Source: Phoronis australis (lineage: Eukaryota > Animalia > Phoronida). From it: 36,561 bases of DNA. Each line of letters starts with the position of its first letter. The stretch's first letter is position 1. The position numbers and the translations under genes are program-made. Where the stretch lies: the NCBI GenBank assembly GCA_002633005.1, contig NMRA01000010.1, positions 2,080,027 to 2,116,587 on the forward strand, written 5' to 3'. A model generated the notes under the pieces. It did no database searches and was not told the origin of the DNA. It saw only the letters and a program-made list of their open reading frames with translations. This document shows, one piece after another, positions 35,601 to 36,561 of this stretch.

Positions 35601-36561
35601 TACCTATTTTCTATGCCAATGTATACATGTAGTTGCATAAACATCAACACATTTGAATAAGATATGATTAAACAATAAGGCCCAAGTCATAAGCAATCAT
35701 GGTGTGTCAATAAAAGTATTTTTGCATGAATGACGTGCTTCTAAAAATATTCCTCAGGGTCAGACCCTGGAGTTTAGTGATTCCTACCTGAGCTCACACG
35801 AAGCAGGACGTTGAACCTTGACCTAACGTCTTTGGTCATTTTTCAGTCCTCTATCATGCTCTATCAGATTTCTCCTCTAGTGTGCATTGGATGTTCTCAG
35901 TGTCTTTTGCGACAGCAATATATCTCGAGTGTTGTAACGATGATTCGGGCAGGTGAATCTAATACGGTAGATTATGTAGCTCCTGCTGCACACCTGCCTC
36001 CGTGGCAGACACTGAGACAGACTACTTCTCAGGAGGACACGTTCCACCTCCACATCAGCTCCACGTACTCTTATAAGGTGTTCAAATGTCTCGCTCTTTT
36101 CCTTGTGCATTTCCCAAGAGTTTCCAAAGTTGTTTCTCTCCGCAATTTGTAGAAATACCACATTCGATGCGACTGGCAGTGCCAGATAAATACATGTAGG
36201 TCAGCCATCATTCAACTAACGCATTGTAAGCTTTAGTTTGGTATTCAGACGAGTTGGATGAACACATTTAGTATAATTTCATATTTTAGTGGGAAATGCT
36301 AGTGTCCTTAAAATTAACTAAAAACATCTAAGCAAACCAATTCTTTTAATTGCTGTATTATACCACGGCATATTAATGCGTAGAAACTGCGCACAACTAG
36401 TGACTGGTTTAACATGACAAATACACATACGCGGTCTGAAAATAGTGAAATTCAGACACCTATTACCAAGCCTGCCTGAAGGGCTGACAAAGTTTTTATT
36501 GTATTAATTTCAAGGGCATGGAGTCTTCTACATGTCCATGTTATTATTTTTAGTTTTCTCG

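Noticed and set aside
34830-36170. Possible minus-strand spliced gene (donor at 35787, acceptor at 35358) or + strand ORF 34828-35343
   Set aside because: The composition looks coding-like, but every minus-strand frame across the putative junction has stops and no family motif is recognisable. It may be a decayed gene or TE; BLASTX would decide.
1-36561. CRISPR array, rRNA, tRNA or prokaryotic defence operon
   Set aside because: No repeat-spacer pattern or RNA gene signature was seen. Spliceosomal introns and eukaryotic TEs show this is animal nuclear DNA.

Overview
AT-rich animal (most likely invertebrate) genomic DNA with spliceosomal introns, not a prokaryotic locus. The main feature is one + strand sacsin-like (SACS family) gene. 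I rebuilt it from six phase-compatible coding exons: 5012-5045, 5997-6079, 7450-7566, 9158-9305, 9689-11236 and a giant 16100-23562. It encodes about 3121 aa with two sacsin repeat regions (GHKL/Hsp90-like SR1 modules) and no detectable N-terminal UBL domain. Its C-terminal modules are selectively broken: the DnaJ HPD motif reads RPD, and the HEPN domain (end of the giant exon plus terminal exon 24251-24565) carries three in-frame stops, while the preceding ~3100 codons are uninterrupted. The flanks and introns contain an internally deleted Kolobok-type DNA transposon (transposase fused tail-to-tail with a KolX/P2X7-ballast-like gene, CCT|TTAA end at 1227), several MITEs, CR1/L2-like LINE relics, a (TG)n microsatellite, a decayed Ty3/Gypsy LTR retrotransposon (- strand, ~26570-29680) and a 420-N gap. 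Family assignments come from motif recognition by eye; no searches were run.
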